This document shows, in pieces, positions 31,468 to 41,464 of a DNA stretch of 55,510 nucleotides. Source of the DNA: Gemmobacter sp. (GTDB lineage Bacteria; Pseudomonadota; Alphaproteobacteria; Rhodobacterales; Rhodobacteraceae); contig JAIRJX010000327.1 in NCBI GenBank assembly GCA_031260425.1, forward strand, positions 1 through 55,510, written 5' to 3'. The notes below the pieces were generated by a model. It did no database searches and was not told the DNA's origin. It was given only the letters and a program-made list of their open reading frames with translations. A program made the translations under genes and the position numbers. Position 1 is the first letter of the stretch. Every line of letters begins with the position of its first letter.

Positions 31468-32688
31468 CTACCAGCCATCTCTTAAAACGGAATTGAAATG
31501 CGCCGCCCAATCGGGGATGCGGGTCTTTTTCTCCGCCCCCCCCCGTCTCCATCCCTTCAAATCGGAGGCGGAGAGTCGTTTCACTGTTTCCTTCCAAGAG
31601 TAAACGTCGGATTTGTCAAGGTAAACCGGATAGTCGCCTAGAACTTCACGCAGGACCGGAAGATCGGATACCACGGCGGGGGTGTCCAGCGCCATCGCCT
31701 CGACCGGCGGCAGGCCGAAACCCTCGGCGAGCGTCGGGAAGAGCAGGGCGCGGGCGCCGGTCATCAGGCCGGCCACGGCGCCATCCGGCAACCCCGCAAT
31801 CTCCAGCACATGGGGCGGGCGGGTGTCGAGACGGCGGAACACCGCCTCGTTGCGCCAGCCGCGACCGCCGGCGATGACAAGCTGCGGCATGGCGCTGGCG
31901 GGAAGCTCGCGGTCCAGCATTTCCCAGACATCGAGCAGCAGGGCGTGGTTCTTGCGCGGCTCGATGGTGCCGACACAAAGGAACCAGGGGCGCGCCGGAT
32001 CAAGCCCGGCCAGGTGATACGGCTCTGGCGGGACAGGCGGTACGCCAAGCGGGGCGACGATCCCCGACGGCACCCGGCCGCACCGGGCAAGCTGCGCCTC
32101 GTTCGCCTGCCGGGTGCTGTGACTGGTATGGATCACCCGGTCCGCCCCTGCGGCGATCGCGGCGAGCTTGCGGCCGAAGACTTCGGGGATACCCGGCCTG
32201 GTATATTCGGGATGATCGAGCGGAATTACGTCATGGAGCAGGACCGAGCTACGCAGGCCCGCCCTGGTCATTGCCGCAAACAGGGGCGGGGTCAGATTGG
32301 CATGGCCGGTATTGTAGTAGCATCCGCCCCGCGGCAAACAGCCGAGCAGGCGCGGCAGCAGCGGCGGCAAGGCGAAGGCTATGGCCACCGCCCGCACCGC
32401 CGTTTCGGCCCGGGCGCGGAGCGGATCGCGATTTGCCAGCCGGGCGCGCAGCATGGCACGCTCCGGCAAGGCAGCGCCCCGCGCCAGCGCCGCGATATGC
32501 TCCGCGCCCGCAGCATCAAGCAGCGCGAAGCCCGTCCTGAGCCTCACCAACGCAAAAAGCGGCGCACCGTCGCGCGCCGCCCTCAGATGATCGAGATAGG
32601 CCAGCTCCACCCGGTCCACCCCGGTCAACGGCCCTCGGCCCAGACGCGACACCAACCGCGTGAGGTCGAGGATCCGCGCCAGTGGCAA
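31468..32688 (-). CDS. GT4 glycosyltransferase
   Basis: TGVDRVE, HDVIPL, VGTIEPRKNH, EGFGLPPVEAM. Confidence 0.9.
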   Translation of the reverse strand: MPLARILDLTRLVSRLGRGPLTGVDRVELAYLDHLRAARDGAPLFALVRLRTGFALLDAAGAEHIAALARGAALPERAMLRARLANRDPLRARAETAVRAVAIAFALPPLLPRLLGCLPRGGCYYNTGHANLTPPLFAAMTRAGLRSSVLLHDVIPLDHPEYTRPGIPEVFGRKLAAIAAGADRVIHTSHSTRQANEAQLARCGRVPSGIVAPLGVPPVPPEPYHLAGLDPARPWFLCVGTIEPRKNHALLLDVWEMLDRELPASAMPQLVIAGGRGWRNEAVFRRLDTRPPHVLEIAGLPDGAVAGLMTGARALLFPTLAEGFGLPPVEAMALDTPAVVSDLPVLREVLGDYPVYLDKSDVYSWKETVKRLSASDLKGWRRGGAEKKTRIPDWAAHFNSVLRDGW

Positions 32689-32691
32689 GGC

Positions 32692-33591
32692 TTACTGCGC
32701 CGCCTTCTGCTGTGCGATCGTATTGTGCAGATAGGCAGTGAATTCGTCGCGCAGATCGGGGCGGGCCATGCCGAAGGCGACGGTGGCCTGAAGGAAGCCG
32801 GCCTTCGATCCGCAATCGTAGCGCTGGCCGCGGAAGCGGTAGCCGTAGACCCCACCATCCTTGGAGCCGATCTCCTCGGCTATGGCATCGGTAAGCTGGA
32901 TCTCGCCGCCGACACCCTGCTTCATACGGTTGAGTTTGGTCAGCACGCTGGGCGACAGGATGTAGCGGCCGATCACGGCGAGGTTCGAGGGCGCTTCTTC
33001 GGCCTTCGGCTTCTCGACCATGCCCTTCGCCTTCACGATGGCGCCCATGTCCTCGGCAATGTCGAGCACACCATAGGACGAGGCCTTGGCCGGCGGCACC
33101 TCCATTGCGGCGACCATGTTGCCGCCGGTCTGTTCATAGGCCTCGACCATCTGGGCAAGGCAGGGTTTCTCGGCCGCGATCACGTCATCGGGCAGCAGCA
33201 CCGCGAAGGGCTCATTGCCGATCAGACGGCGGGCGCACCAGACGGCATGGCCAAGACCCATCGGTCGGTTCTGCCGCACATAGGCGATGGCGCCACTGTC
33301 CATGTTGGTATCCTTCAGGATATCCAGCAGCTCGGTCTTGCCCTTCCTGCGCAGCTCGCTTTCCAGTTCGGGCGCGTGGTCGAAGTAATCCTCCAGTGCG
33401 GATTTCCCGCGCGAGGTTACGAAGATGAACTCCTTGATCCCTGCCGCGCGGGCCTCGTCGATCGCGTATTGGATCAGCGGGCGATCCACCAAGGTCATGA
33501 TCTCTTTCGGGATCGACTTGGTGGCGGGAAGGAAGCGGGTTCCAAGGCCGGCTACCGGGAAAACGGCTTTCGACACCTTCTTGGTCTTCAT
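32692..33591 (-). CDS. galU: UTP-glucose-1-phosphate uridylyltransferase
   Basis: PVAGLGTRFLPATK, GLGHAVWCA, VEKP, GEIQLTDA, DCGSK. Confidence 0.96.
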   Translation of the reverse strand: MKTKKVSKAVFPVAGLGTRFLPATKSIPKEIMTLVDRPLIQYAIDEARAAGIKEFIFVTSRGKSALEDYFDHAPELESELRRKGKTELLDILKDTNMDSGAIAYVRQNRPMGLGHAVWCARRLIGNEPFAVLLPDDVIAAEKPCLAQMVEAYEQTGGNMVAAMEVPPAKASSYGVLDIAEDMGAIVKAKGMVEKPKAEEAPSNLAVIGRYILSPSVLTKLNRMKQGVGGEIQLTDAIAEEIGSKDGGVYGYRFRGQRYDCGSKAGFLQATVAFGMARPDLRDEFTAYLHNTIAQQKAAQ

Positions 33592-33833
33592 GTCAGAGCT
33601 CGATTCTCTTGTGCATTTGTCAAATCTGCCTGCACCACACAGGGGCGCCTGCTCTCATACTACCGAAGTTCCCGATGAATGTGCGGTGAAAAATGCGGAT
33701 AGTCCAGTATGATGGCCGTTTTGTGACGTAAGGGCCGGTGTTTTCCTGTGCCGGACCGGTATTCGGGATTTTCCCATGCGGGCCGAGTGTTTCGTGCTGC
33801 GTCGCATATCGTCTCAGGCCAGGTTCCTCTCGC

Positions 33834-33963
33834 GCCGGAGGGCGCCCGACCGTCCCTCAGGCGGGCGCTATGGTGAAGTTGGCGCGAGGGGAGCCAGGCG
33901 GGGTTGCGCCACGGAGCGGCGCCCGCGATCGTGGCAGCATCTGCCCGCGGTCAGGCGCCGTTC
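33834..33963 (+). repeat. Family A element, copy 3
   Basis: GCGCCCGACCGTCCCTCAGGCGGGCGCT arm; core AGGCGGGGTTGCGCCA identical to copy 1; right arm GCGGTCAGGCGCCG. Confidence 0.75.
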
Positions 33964-34226
33964 TGCCGAAAAAGGGACGAGACCCTGAGATCGCGGGGGC
34001 CTCCTGCGCGATCACATGAACCGGGGATGAATGCAGGTCGATCCCGGGTCGTCGCAAGAGGATCTCCTGCAACGATGTGATCCCTGCACTGGCGGTAAGC
34101 GCGCCGTCACCCCGGCCATTCTACGCCGCCGGCGGATTTTTCCGCCATGACGGCCCAACCACCTTCTGCCCGCATGGGGGCGGCGTGGAAAGGCACCATC
34201 GGCGTCCGGAGGAAACCCGCAACCTC

Positions 34227-35114
34227 TCACGGCTGCGACGGCCCGGTCTGCCTCACCCTGTGCTCCCGCACTGAGATGTAGATGGCGCAACCGATCAGCA
34301 CGCCCACGCCGGCGAAAGTCCATATGTCGGGGAAATCGCCGAAGAACCACCAGCCCACCACCACGGACATGATCATCTCGGTATAGGCGAGCGGCGCAAG
34401 CAGGCTTGCCTCCGCCCGGTCATAGGCCATGACGATCAGGTAATGTCCGGCCGTCGCAATGAAGCCGAGGGCGACGAACAGCAGCCATTGCCCTGCCGTT
34501 GGCGCCTGCCAGAACGGCCAGAGCACCAGGCTCACCGCAGCCGCGCCGATCAGGCTGGTGTGGAAGGTGATGACCATCGGATGATCCTGCCCCGCCATCC
34601 GCCGCGTGATCAGCATGAAGAGGGCAAGGCTCGTGCCCGAGACCAGCGCCAGCGGCATACCCGGATTGATCTCCTGAAATCCCGGACGGATGATGACGAG
34701 GGTGCCGAGAAACCCGATGGCGACCGCAGTCCAGCGGCGCCGGCCGACATGCTCGCCCAGGACCAGCGGCGAGAGTGCGGTCACCACCAGCGGCTGCACG
34801 AAGAAGATTGCCAGCGCATCGGCGATCGGCAGGAATTTCAGCGACCAGAAGAAGCAGAATGTCGCCCCGATCAGGAAGCCGGCCCTGAGCACATGCAGGC
34901 CCGGTTGCGAAGGCCAAAGCCCGCGCGGCCCGGCGGCGCGCGCGGCGAAGGGCGCGGTCATCAACAACCCGATCGCCATCCGCGCCCAGACGATCTCCAG
35001 CACCGGCATATCTTGCAGGGCCAGCATCTTGGCGACCACGTCGAGGAAAGGCATCACCGCCATTGCGGCCAGCATCAGGCCGATCCCGGCCAGATTGCGT
35101 CTCTCGTCGTTCAT
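34227..35114 (-). CDS. DMT (EamA) family transporter
   Basis: About 10 TM segments; LGEHVGRRRW, IIRPG, EASLLAPLAY. Confidence 0.9.
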   Translation of the reverse strand: MNDERRNLAGIGLMLAAMAVMPFLDVVAKMLALQDMPVLEIVWARMAIGLLMTAPFAARAAGPRGLWPSQPGLHVLRAGFLIGATFCFFWSLKFLPIADALAIFFVQPLVVTALSPLVLGEHVGRRRWTAVAIGFLGTLVIIRPGFQEINPGMPLALVSGTSLALFMLITRRMAGQDHPMVITFHTSLIGAAAVSLVLWPFWQAPTAGQWLLFVALGFIATAGHYLIVMAYDRAEASLLAPLAYTEMIMSVVVGWWFFGDFPDIWTFAGVGVLIGCAIYISVREHRVRQTGPSQP

Positions 35115-35262
35115 GCGCGCCTTCCTCACCTGCGGTCCTGCCCGCCCCGGCACGGGGGATCATCCATCCTTGACGGAAATACCGCGAGCTCGGCAATTGC
35201 CGCTTTTCCGTCTGCATGGAAGCTGTGACAATGGCAACGCAATAACCTGAAGGAGGTCCATC

Positions 35263-36018
35263 ATGGCCGAACCCCGCGCCCCGCGGCTCTGCGTGCTGAT
35301 CGACGCCGACAATGTGCCCTCCGGCTATGCGGCTGCGATCTTCGAAGAGATCGCGGGCCTGGGCGAGGCTTCGGTGCGCCGGATCTATGGCGACTGGTCG
35401 GCGCAACGGCTGCAAGGCTGGGCGCGCAAGGTCGCAGCGCTGGGGCTGGTGGCGGACCAGCAGTTTTCCAACACCAAGGGCAAGAACGCCTCGGATATCG
35501 GCCTTGTCATCGCGGCGATGGATTTTCTGCATTCGGGCCTGTTCGACGGCTTCGTGCTGGTCTCGTCGGACAGCGATTTCACCCGGCTTGCCGCCAGGAT
35601 CCGCGAGCAGGGGCTGGATGTCTACGGCATCGGCGAGAAGAAGACGCCCGAGGCATTCCGCATGGCCTGCAAGCGTTTCATCTATGTGGAGAACCTCGGC
35701 ATCGACGAGGCGGAAGAGGTGCCGCCGGAGCCCGGCTCCCCCGCCCGGCCCGCCGAGCCCCGTCCGCAGGGCAGACGCGAGAAGGAATCGCCACAGAAGG
35801 CCATCCCCCTCGTCGCCGCCGCGATGCGTGCCATCGACCCGGAGGGCGAATGGTATTCGCTGGGCCAGATCGGCCAGTTCATCACCCAGGCCAACCCGGA
35901 TTTCGACACCCGCACCTATGGCAGCGCCAAGCTGTCGGATCTGGTGCGCAAACTGACCAGCCGCTTCGAGGTGAAGCCGGGGCCGGGCGGGCAGTTGCTG
36001 GCGCGCGATCTGTCGTGA
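35263..36018 (+). CDS. NYN (LabA/DUF88, PIN-like) domain protein with C-terminal OST-HTH/LOTUS domain
   Basis: VLIDADN, RRIYGDW, GKNASDI, VSSDSDF; FDTRTYGSAKLSDLV; AAGGAGG ribosome-binding site. Confidence 0.9.
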   Translation: MAEPRAPRLCVLIDADNVPSGYAAAIFEEIAGLGEASVRRIYGDWSAQRLQGWARKVAALGLVADQQFSNTKGKNASDIGLVIAAMDFLHSGLFDGFVLVSSDSDFTRLAARIREQGLDVYGIGEKKTPEAFRMACKRFIYVENLGIDEAEEVPPEPGSPARPAEPRPQGRREKESPQKAIPLVAAAMRAIDPEGEWYSLGQIGQFITQANPDFDTRTYGSAKLSDLVRKLTSRFEVKPGPGGQLLARDLS

Positions 36019-36323
36019 GAGCCGGTCCTATTGCGGCGATGAAGCGGTTGAAGTCATGAAGTGTCGGGAAAGAAGCACTTCAAGCTGCCTGTGAATGCCC
36101 TCTCGTTCGGGCCGGCCCTGATGGCCACGCCTGTCATCGGTGCAGCCGATGGGCGGCGAGAGCCTGAATCCGAGAAGCCGGCTATCGCGCCTCGCCTGCC
36201 CCGTGCGTCGTGGTGCGCCTCGCGTCCGGCTGGCGCATTCGCGGTAGGGTGGTCGGGTTGGTGAGGGCCATCGCCTTCGCCACCATGCGTCGGCTCAGCC
36301 TGGGTCGCGCCGGGCTCGAAGCC

Positions 36324-36358
36324 CCGGCCAGCGCCTACCCCACCATCGGCGGGCGCTT
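36324..36358 (+). repeat. Family A arm remnant
   Basis: CCGGCCAGCGCCTACCCCACCATCGGCGGGCGCTT versus copy 2 CCGGGCAGCGCCCGACCGCCCGCAGGCGGGCGCTT. Confidence 0.45.
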
Positions 36359-36599
36359 CTCGCCCACTGGGGCAGGCACCGGCTTTTCGTCGGCGCGAAT
36401 GGCCCACATCTCTTGCCGCACTGTCTCGCGCGGGCGGGGCAATGCCTCGCCCGCCCAAGGGGCCGTAGCATATTATTCCGGTTTCCGACCTGCGGCCCCG
36501 AGACGGTCCACTTCAAAACAAACCGGCCGCGAAGGGATGGAAATCCTTGACCAGACAGCGGCTTGCTCTCATCTTCGGGCCGTGTTCCACGAGGATCCC

Positions 36600-38144
36600 A
36601 TGGCCGATACCGCAGACCCGCAGGATGAATCCGGACCCTTCGGCCAGCCGTTGTTCGAGGATCCGTCTGCCAGGGCCCTGAAACGGGTGGGGGTGGTTGA
36701 CGTCGGCTCCAACTCCGTCCGTATGGTGGTGTTCGATGGTGCCGCGCGTTCACCGGCCTATTTCTACAATGAGAAGGTGATGGCGGGCCTCGGCAAGGGG
36801 ATCTCTGAAACCGGTTTGCTGAATCCCGAGGGGGCGAAGCGGGCGCTGGCGGCACTGAAGCGTTTCGCGCTGCTGGCCGAGGGGATGGGGGTCCAGCCGC
36901 TGACCGTGATTGCCACTGCCGCAGTACGCGAGGCCGAGGATGGCCCCGCCTTCCAGGATCAGGTGCTGCGGGAGACCGGACTACGGCTCTGGGTGATCGA
37001 TGGCGGCGAGGAGGCGCGGCTTTCGGCGCAAGGTGTGTTGCTGGGCTGGCCGGGCGCCAAGGGCATCGTCTGCGATATGGGCGGCAATTCGATGGAGCTC
37101 GCGCGGATCGGCGAGGGTCAGGTGGGGTGTCGTGTCACTTCGGCGTTGGGGCCGTTCCGGCTGCAACAGGTGCAGGGCGGGCCGAAGAAGCGGCGCGCGC
37201 ATATCCGGCGCACCATTCGTAAGGTTCAGGCCAAGATAAGATCGAAGGGCGAGCGGATCTATCTCGTCGGCGGAAGCTGGCGGGTGATCGCCCGGCTCGA
37301 CATGGAGCGGCGGAGCTATCCGCTTACCGTGCTGCACGAATACCGCATGACGCCGAAATCGCTGCTCGACACGCTGGACTGGATCGCCATGTCCGATCTG
37401 GGAGTACTGCGTGCCCGCACTGGCACCTCTGCCGAGCGGATGGAACTGGTGCCGCTGGCCTGCGAGGTATTGCGCGAACTGGTCGACATCCTCAAGCCCA
37501 CGGAGATCGACATATCCTCCTTCGGTATTCGCGAGGGTCTGCTTTACGAACAGATGCCGGAACGGCTGCGGGCCCGCGATCCGCTGATCGAGGCCTGCCG
37601 CGCAGCCGAGGCGGCGCAGGCCCGCATCCCGGGTTTCGGCAAGAAGCTTTACGCCTTCATCGCGCCCCTGTTCCAATCCGCCACCGCCGAACGGCACCGG
37701 CTGATCAAGGCGGCCTGCCTGCTGCATGATACAACGTGGCGCGCCCATCCGGATTACCGGGCAGAGGCCTGTTTCGACAATGCGACCCGCGCCAATCTCG
37801 GTGGGCTTGATCATCCGGGGCGGGTGTTTCTGGGCCTCGCCTTGCTGCACCGCTATAAGAACAGCCGTGCCGGCAGCCGGATGGAGCCACTGTTCCGGCT
37901 GCTTGGCGAGGACGAGATGGCCGAGGCCGAGGTGCTGGGCAAGGCGATGCGCTTCGGCGCCATGTTCTCCATCGACCGGCCGGAGGAAGCGGGCAGCCTG
38001 CACTGGCAGCCAAGGCGGAAGGTGCTGGAGCTGCGGCTGACCGAACGTGGTGTCGGGCTGATGGGAGAGGTGGCACAATCGCGTTTCAACGCGCTGGTGC
38101 TGGCGCTGAAGGCCACGCCGAAGATCACGTCGGGGGCTGCCTGA
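36600..38144 (+). CDS. ppx: Ppx/GppA family exopolyphosphatase
   Basis: VDVGSNSVR, TAAVREA, EEARLSA, DMGGNSME, GIREG, LLHD. Confidence 0.9.
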   Translation: MADTADPQDESGPFGQPLFEDPSARALKRVGVVDVGSNSVRMVVFDGAARSPAYFYNEKVMAGLGKGISETGLLNPEGAKRALAALKRFALLAEGMGVQPLTVIATAAVREAEDGPAFQDQVLRETGLRLWVIDGGEEARLSAQGVLLGWPGAKGIVCDMGGNSMELARIGEGQVGCRVTSALGPFRLQQVQGGPKKRRAHIRRTIRKVQAKIRSKGERIYLVGGSWRVIARLDMERRSYPLTVLHEYRMTPKSLLDTLDWIAMSDLGVLRARTGTSAERMELVPLACEVLRELVDILKPTEIDISSFGIREGLLYEQMPERLRARDPLIEACRAAEAAQARIPGFGKKLYAFIAPLFQSATAERHRLIKAACLLHDTTWRAHPDYRAEACFDNATRANLGGLDHPGRVFLGLALLHRYKNSRAGSRMEPLFRLLGEDEMAEAEVLGKAMRFGAMFSIDRPEEAGSLHWQPRRKVLELRLTERGVGLMGEVAQSRFNALVLALKATPKITSGAA

Positions 38145-38756
38145 ATGCTGATCCTCGATCATCTCGCGCTGGCGGCGGAGACACTGGAAGAAGGTGTCGC
38201 GCAGGTCGAGGCCATGCTGGGCGTGAAGCTGGCCGTCGGCGGGCAGCACCCGCTGATGGGCACCCATAACCGGCTGCTGGGGTTGGGTGATCTTTATTTC
38301 GAGGTGATCGCCATTGATCCGGCGGCGGCGCGCCCGGCTTTTCCGCGGTGGTTCGACCTGGATCGTTTCACTGGGCGGCCGCGGCTTGCCAACTGGATCT
38401 GCCGCTGTGACGACCTGATGGCGGAACTGGTGCTTTCGCCGCCCGGAGCCGGTGTGCCTGTCGCGCTGGCCCGTGCCGATTTCCGTTGGCGCATGGCGGT
38501 GCCGGCGGATGGCATCCTTCCCTTCGACAATGCCTTCCCCGCGCTGATCCAGTGGGAGGGCGCGGCCCATCCAGTGCAGCGCCTGCCGGAAAGCGGGGTG
38601 CGTCTCGAACGGCTGGAGATCGCCCATCCCGAGGCTACGGCGTTGCGCTCGGCGCTGGCCGGGCGGCTGGATGATCCGCGCGTGGTTTTCGTCTCTGGCA
38701 CTCCGGCGATGCGGGCGATCCTGACTACGCCACGGGGCCGCCAATGGCTGGAATGA
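38145..38756 (+). CDS. VOC/glyoxalase-like protein
   Basis: LDHLA, GGQHPLMGTHNRLL, YFEVIAIDP, PALIQW. Confidence 0.87.
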   Translation: MLILDHLALAAETLEEGVAQVEAMLGVKLAVGGQHPLMGTHNRLLGLGDLYFEVIAIDPAAARPAFPRWFDLDRFTGRPRLANWICRCDDLMAELVLSPPGAGVPVALARADFRWRMAVPADGILPFDNAFPALIQWEGAAHPVQRLPESGVRLERLEIAHPEATALRSALAGRLDDPRVVFVSGTPAMRAILTTPRGRQWLE

Positions 38757-39241
38757 TCCGCGAGACCTGCCCTGAGGATCTGGAGCCGATCCGGGCCTTC
38801 TGGAACCCGCTGATCCGCGACACCATGGTCACCTTCGCCTCCATCGAGCGGACCGAGGCGACGATGCGCGCCTATTACGAGGCGCATCGCGCGGCGGGGC
38901 AGGGCTTTTTCACGGCGCTCAGCGACGGAGTGCCGGTGGGCTTTGCCGCCTACAGCCAGTTCCGCCCCTCGAACGGCTACGCACGTGCCATGGAGCATAC
39001 GGTGATCTTGTCCAAGGCGGCTTGGGGCAAGGGTCTTGGCCGGGCGCTGATGGCCGCAGCAGAAAATCATGCCCGCGCCGCCGGGCATCTGTGCCTGATC
39101 GGCGCGGTATCGGGCGGCAACCCGGCGGGTCGGGACTTTCACGCGGCGATAGGCTACCACCTTGTCGGCACAATGCCCGGCGTGGGCTGGAAATTCGGCA
39201 AGTCCTGGGACCTGTGGCTCATGCAAAAAAACTTGACCTGA
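38753..39241 (+). CDS. GNAT N-acetyltransferase (Pat/YncA-like)
   Basis: FAAYSQFR, EHTV, GKGLGRALM, VGWKFG; ATGA overlap with the upstream stop. Confidence 0.87.
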   Translation: MIRETCPEDLEPIRAFWNPLIRDTMVTFASIERTEATMRAYYEAHRAAGQGFFTALSDGVPVGFAAYSQFRPSNGYARAMEHTVILSKAAWGKGLGRALMAAAENHARAAGHLCLIGAVSGGNPAGRDFHAAIGYHLVGTMPGVGWKFGKSWDLWLMQKNLT

Positions 39242-39272
39242 CAGGACGGAATTTCCCCGCTATCGTCTTGCC

Positions 39273-39968
39273 ATGACAATTTGGGGCCGCATCTTCGAGG
39301 CGATTTCAGCGATGGTCCAGGGGGAAAGCCTGGCCTCCGTCTTTGATCGCTTGCGCCATCCACCCGAAGCCTGCCCGGAGCGGACGGTGGCCTTCACCAT
39401 CGCGGTGATCGCGCTGGGTGCCAAGATGGCCAAGGCAGATGGCGAAGTGACGCGAAACGAGGTCGCCGCTTTCCGGCAGGTGTTCCATGTCCCACCGGAG
39501 GAAGAGACCAACGCGGCGCGGGTCTTCAACCTGGCCCGGCAGGATGTCGCGGGGTTCGACATCTATGCCCGCAAGATCCGCAGCATGTTCCAGGGCGACA
39601 GCAAGGTATTGACCGATATACTGGAAGGGCTGTTCCACGTCTCGGTTGCCGATGGTGATTATCATCCGCAGGAGGATGCCTTCCTTGCTGAGGTCGCGCG
39701 CATTTTCGGCATTGCCGAACCCTGTTTTCGCGCCATCCGCGCCCGCTATGCGCCCGAAGCGCCGCGCGATCCCTATGATGTGCTGGGCCTGCCGCATGGC
39801 GCCCCCCTGAGAGAGGCGCGAGCAGCCTGGAAAGCGGCGGTGCGTGACAGTCATCCCGACCGGCTGATGGCGCGTGGTGTGCCGGATGACGCGGTGAAGC
39901 TTGCCGAGCGGCGCCTGATCGCGGTGAACGCGGCCTGGGAAGAGATCTCGGCCCGCGAGGCAGCATGA
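39273..39968 (+). CDS. djlA: DjlA-like co-chaperone (TerB-like domain plus J domain)
   Basis: AKMAKADGEV, ADGDYH..E; DPYDVLG...HPD. Confidence 0.85.
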   Translation: MTIWGRIFEAISAMVQGESLASVFDRLRHPPEACPERTVAFTIAVIALGAKMAKADGEVTRNEVAAFRQVFHVPPEEETNAARVFNLARQDVAGFDIYARKIRSMFQGDSKVLTDILEGLFHVSVADGDYHPQEDAFLAEVARIFGIAEPCFRAIRARYAPEAPRDPYDVLGLPHGAPLREARAAWKAAVRDSHPDRLMARGVPDDAVKLAERRLIAVNAAWEEISAREAA

Positions 39969-40972
39969 GCCGGAAACCGCTGCGGCTCGCCACCTGGAAT
40001 GTCGAATGGTTCAATGCCCTCTTCGATGACGCCGGGCGGCTGTTGGAGGATAGCCGGCCTGCGCATCGCCACGGTGTCACGCGCGGTGATCAGCTTGCGG
40101 CCATCGCCATCGTGATGACTGCGATGGATGCCGACGGGATGATGATCATCGAGGCGCCCGATACCAACGGCAAGCGCCACTCGGTCACTGCGCTGGAGAA
40201 TTTCGCGACGAAATACGGCCTGCGCTGCCGCCGCGCCGTCACCGGCTTCAAATCGGAGACCGAGCAGGAAATCAGCTTCATGTTCGACTCCGACCGGCTG
40301 GCGGCGCGGCACGATCCGCAGGGCGAGCCGCGCTTCGACGGCACCTTCCGCTATGATCTCGACGATGACGGCATTGCCGAGCCCATCCGCCCGTCGAAGC
40401 CGCCGCTGGAGCTGGCCGTGACGGCGGATGGGACGGAATTGCGGCTGATCGGGGTTCATGTGAAATCGAAGGCGCCACATGGCGCGCGTCACGCCGCCGA
40501 GGCCACCCGGATCTCCATCGAGAACCGGCGCAAGCAACTTGCCGAATGCCACTGGCTGCGCGAGCGGGTGGCCGGGCATCTGACGGTGGGTGATGATCTG
40601 CTGGTAATGGGCGATTTCAACGATGGCCCCGGTCTCGACGCGTTCGAGCGGCTGTTTGGTCATTCCGGGGTCGAGGTGGTGATGGGTATCGGCTGTCCTC
40701 CGGCGGAGCAGCTTTACGACCCCCATGCCGATATGGCGCTAAGGAGCCGCCTGCAGCCCACCACCGCGCGGTTCTGGAACAACGATCAGGAGCGGTATTT
40801 CGAGGCGCTGCTGGATTTCATCATGGTCTCACCCGGATTGCGGGCGCGTGCGCCACGCTGGCGGATCTGGCATCCGCTGAACGATCCGCAATGCCGGGGG
40901 GTGCCGGAACTGCATGATGCGTTGTTGACCGCTTCGGATCATTTCCCGGTGACCCTTGACCTGCCTCTTTGA
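39965..40972 (+). CDS. Endonuclease/exonuclease/phosphatase family protein
   Basis: ATWNVE, HVKSK, MGDFND, LDFI, ASDHFPV. Confidence 0.9.
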   Translation: MSRKPLRLATWNVEWFNALFDDAGRLLEDSRPAHRHGVTRGDQLAAIAIVMTAMDADGMMIIEAPDTNGKRHSVTALENFATKYGLRCRRAVTGFKSETEQEISFMFDSDRLAARHDPQGEPRFDGTFRYDLDDDGIAEPIRPSKPPLELAVTADGTELRLIGVHVKSKAPHGARHAAEATRISIENRRKQLAECHWLRERVAGHLTVGDDLLVMGDFNDGPGLDAFERLFGHSGVEVVMGIGCPPAEQLYDPHADMALRSRLQPTTARFWNNDQERYFEALLDFIMVSPGLRARAPRWRIWHPLNDPQCRGVPELHDALLTASDHFPVTLDLPL

Positions 40973-40995
40973 GATGGGCGCAACGGTGCCTATAT
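40968..40995 (+). promoter_or_regulatory. Putative RpoH-type promoter
   Basis: TTTGAG-N15-CCTATAT ending 7 nt before ATG 41003. Confidence 0.45.
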
Positions 40996-41002
40996 TGCAG
41001 GC

Positions 41003-41338
41003 ATGATCCGCTGTCTCGCCCCCATCGCGCTGGCGCTCAGCCTCGGCGCCGCTTTTGCGCAGGACGACCCGCCCCCTACTTCGGAGCCGCCCGGCCTGAT
41101 GGAGCGCGGGGTGGAGATGTTCCTGCGTGGGCTGATGGAGGAAATGGCGCCGACCATGCGCGACATGGAAGAGGCATTGCGGGACCTTCAGCCACAGGCG
41201 CAGAAGCTGATGGAGATGATCGGCGATTTCCGCAACTACGAAATGCCCGAGATGTTGCCGAATGGCGATATCCTGATCCGCCGCAAGCCGCCGGCACTGC
41301 CTCCCGCTCCGCCGCCGGGGGGCGAAGTGGAGCTTTGA
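41003..41338 (+). CDS. Small exported conserved hypothetical protein
   Basis: Signal peptide (AFA-Q), helical core, YEMPEMLPNGDILIRRK. Confidence 0.8.
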   Translation: MIRCLAPIALALSLGAAFAQDDPPPTSEPPGLMERGVEMFLRGLMEEMAPTMRDMEEALRDLQPQAQKLMEMIGDFRNYEMPEMLPNGDILIRRKPPALPPAPPPGGEVEL

Positions 41339-41464
41339 TGGGAACTGCCCGGTCCTCGGCGCTGCCGGTCTTTCTTCGAGGATATTCTGAACGAGCGAGG
41401 GAGCGGCACGGACCGTCCCCCGGGTGTCGGGCTGTCGGGCACATCGCGGATATCGGCGAACCGC

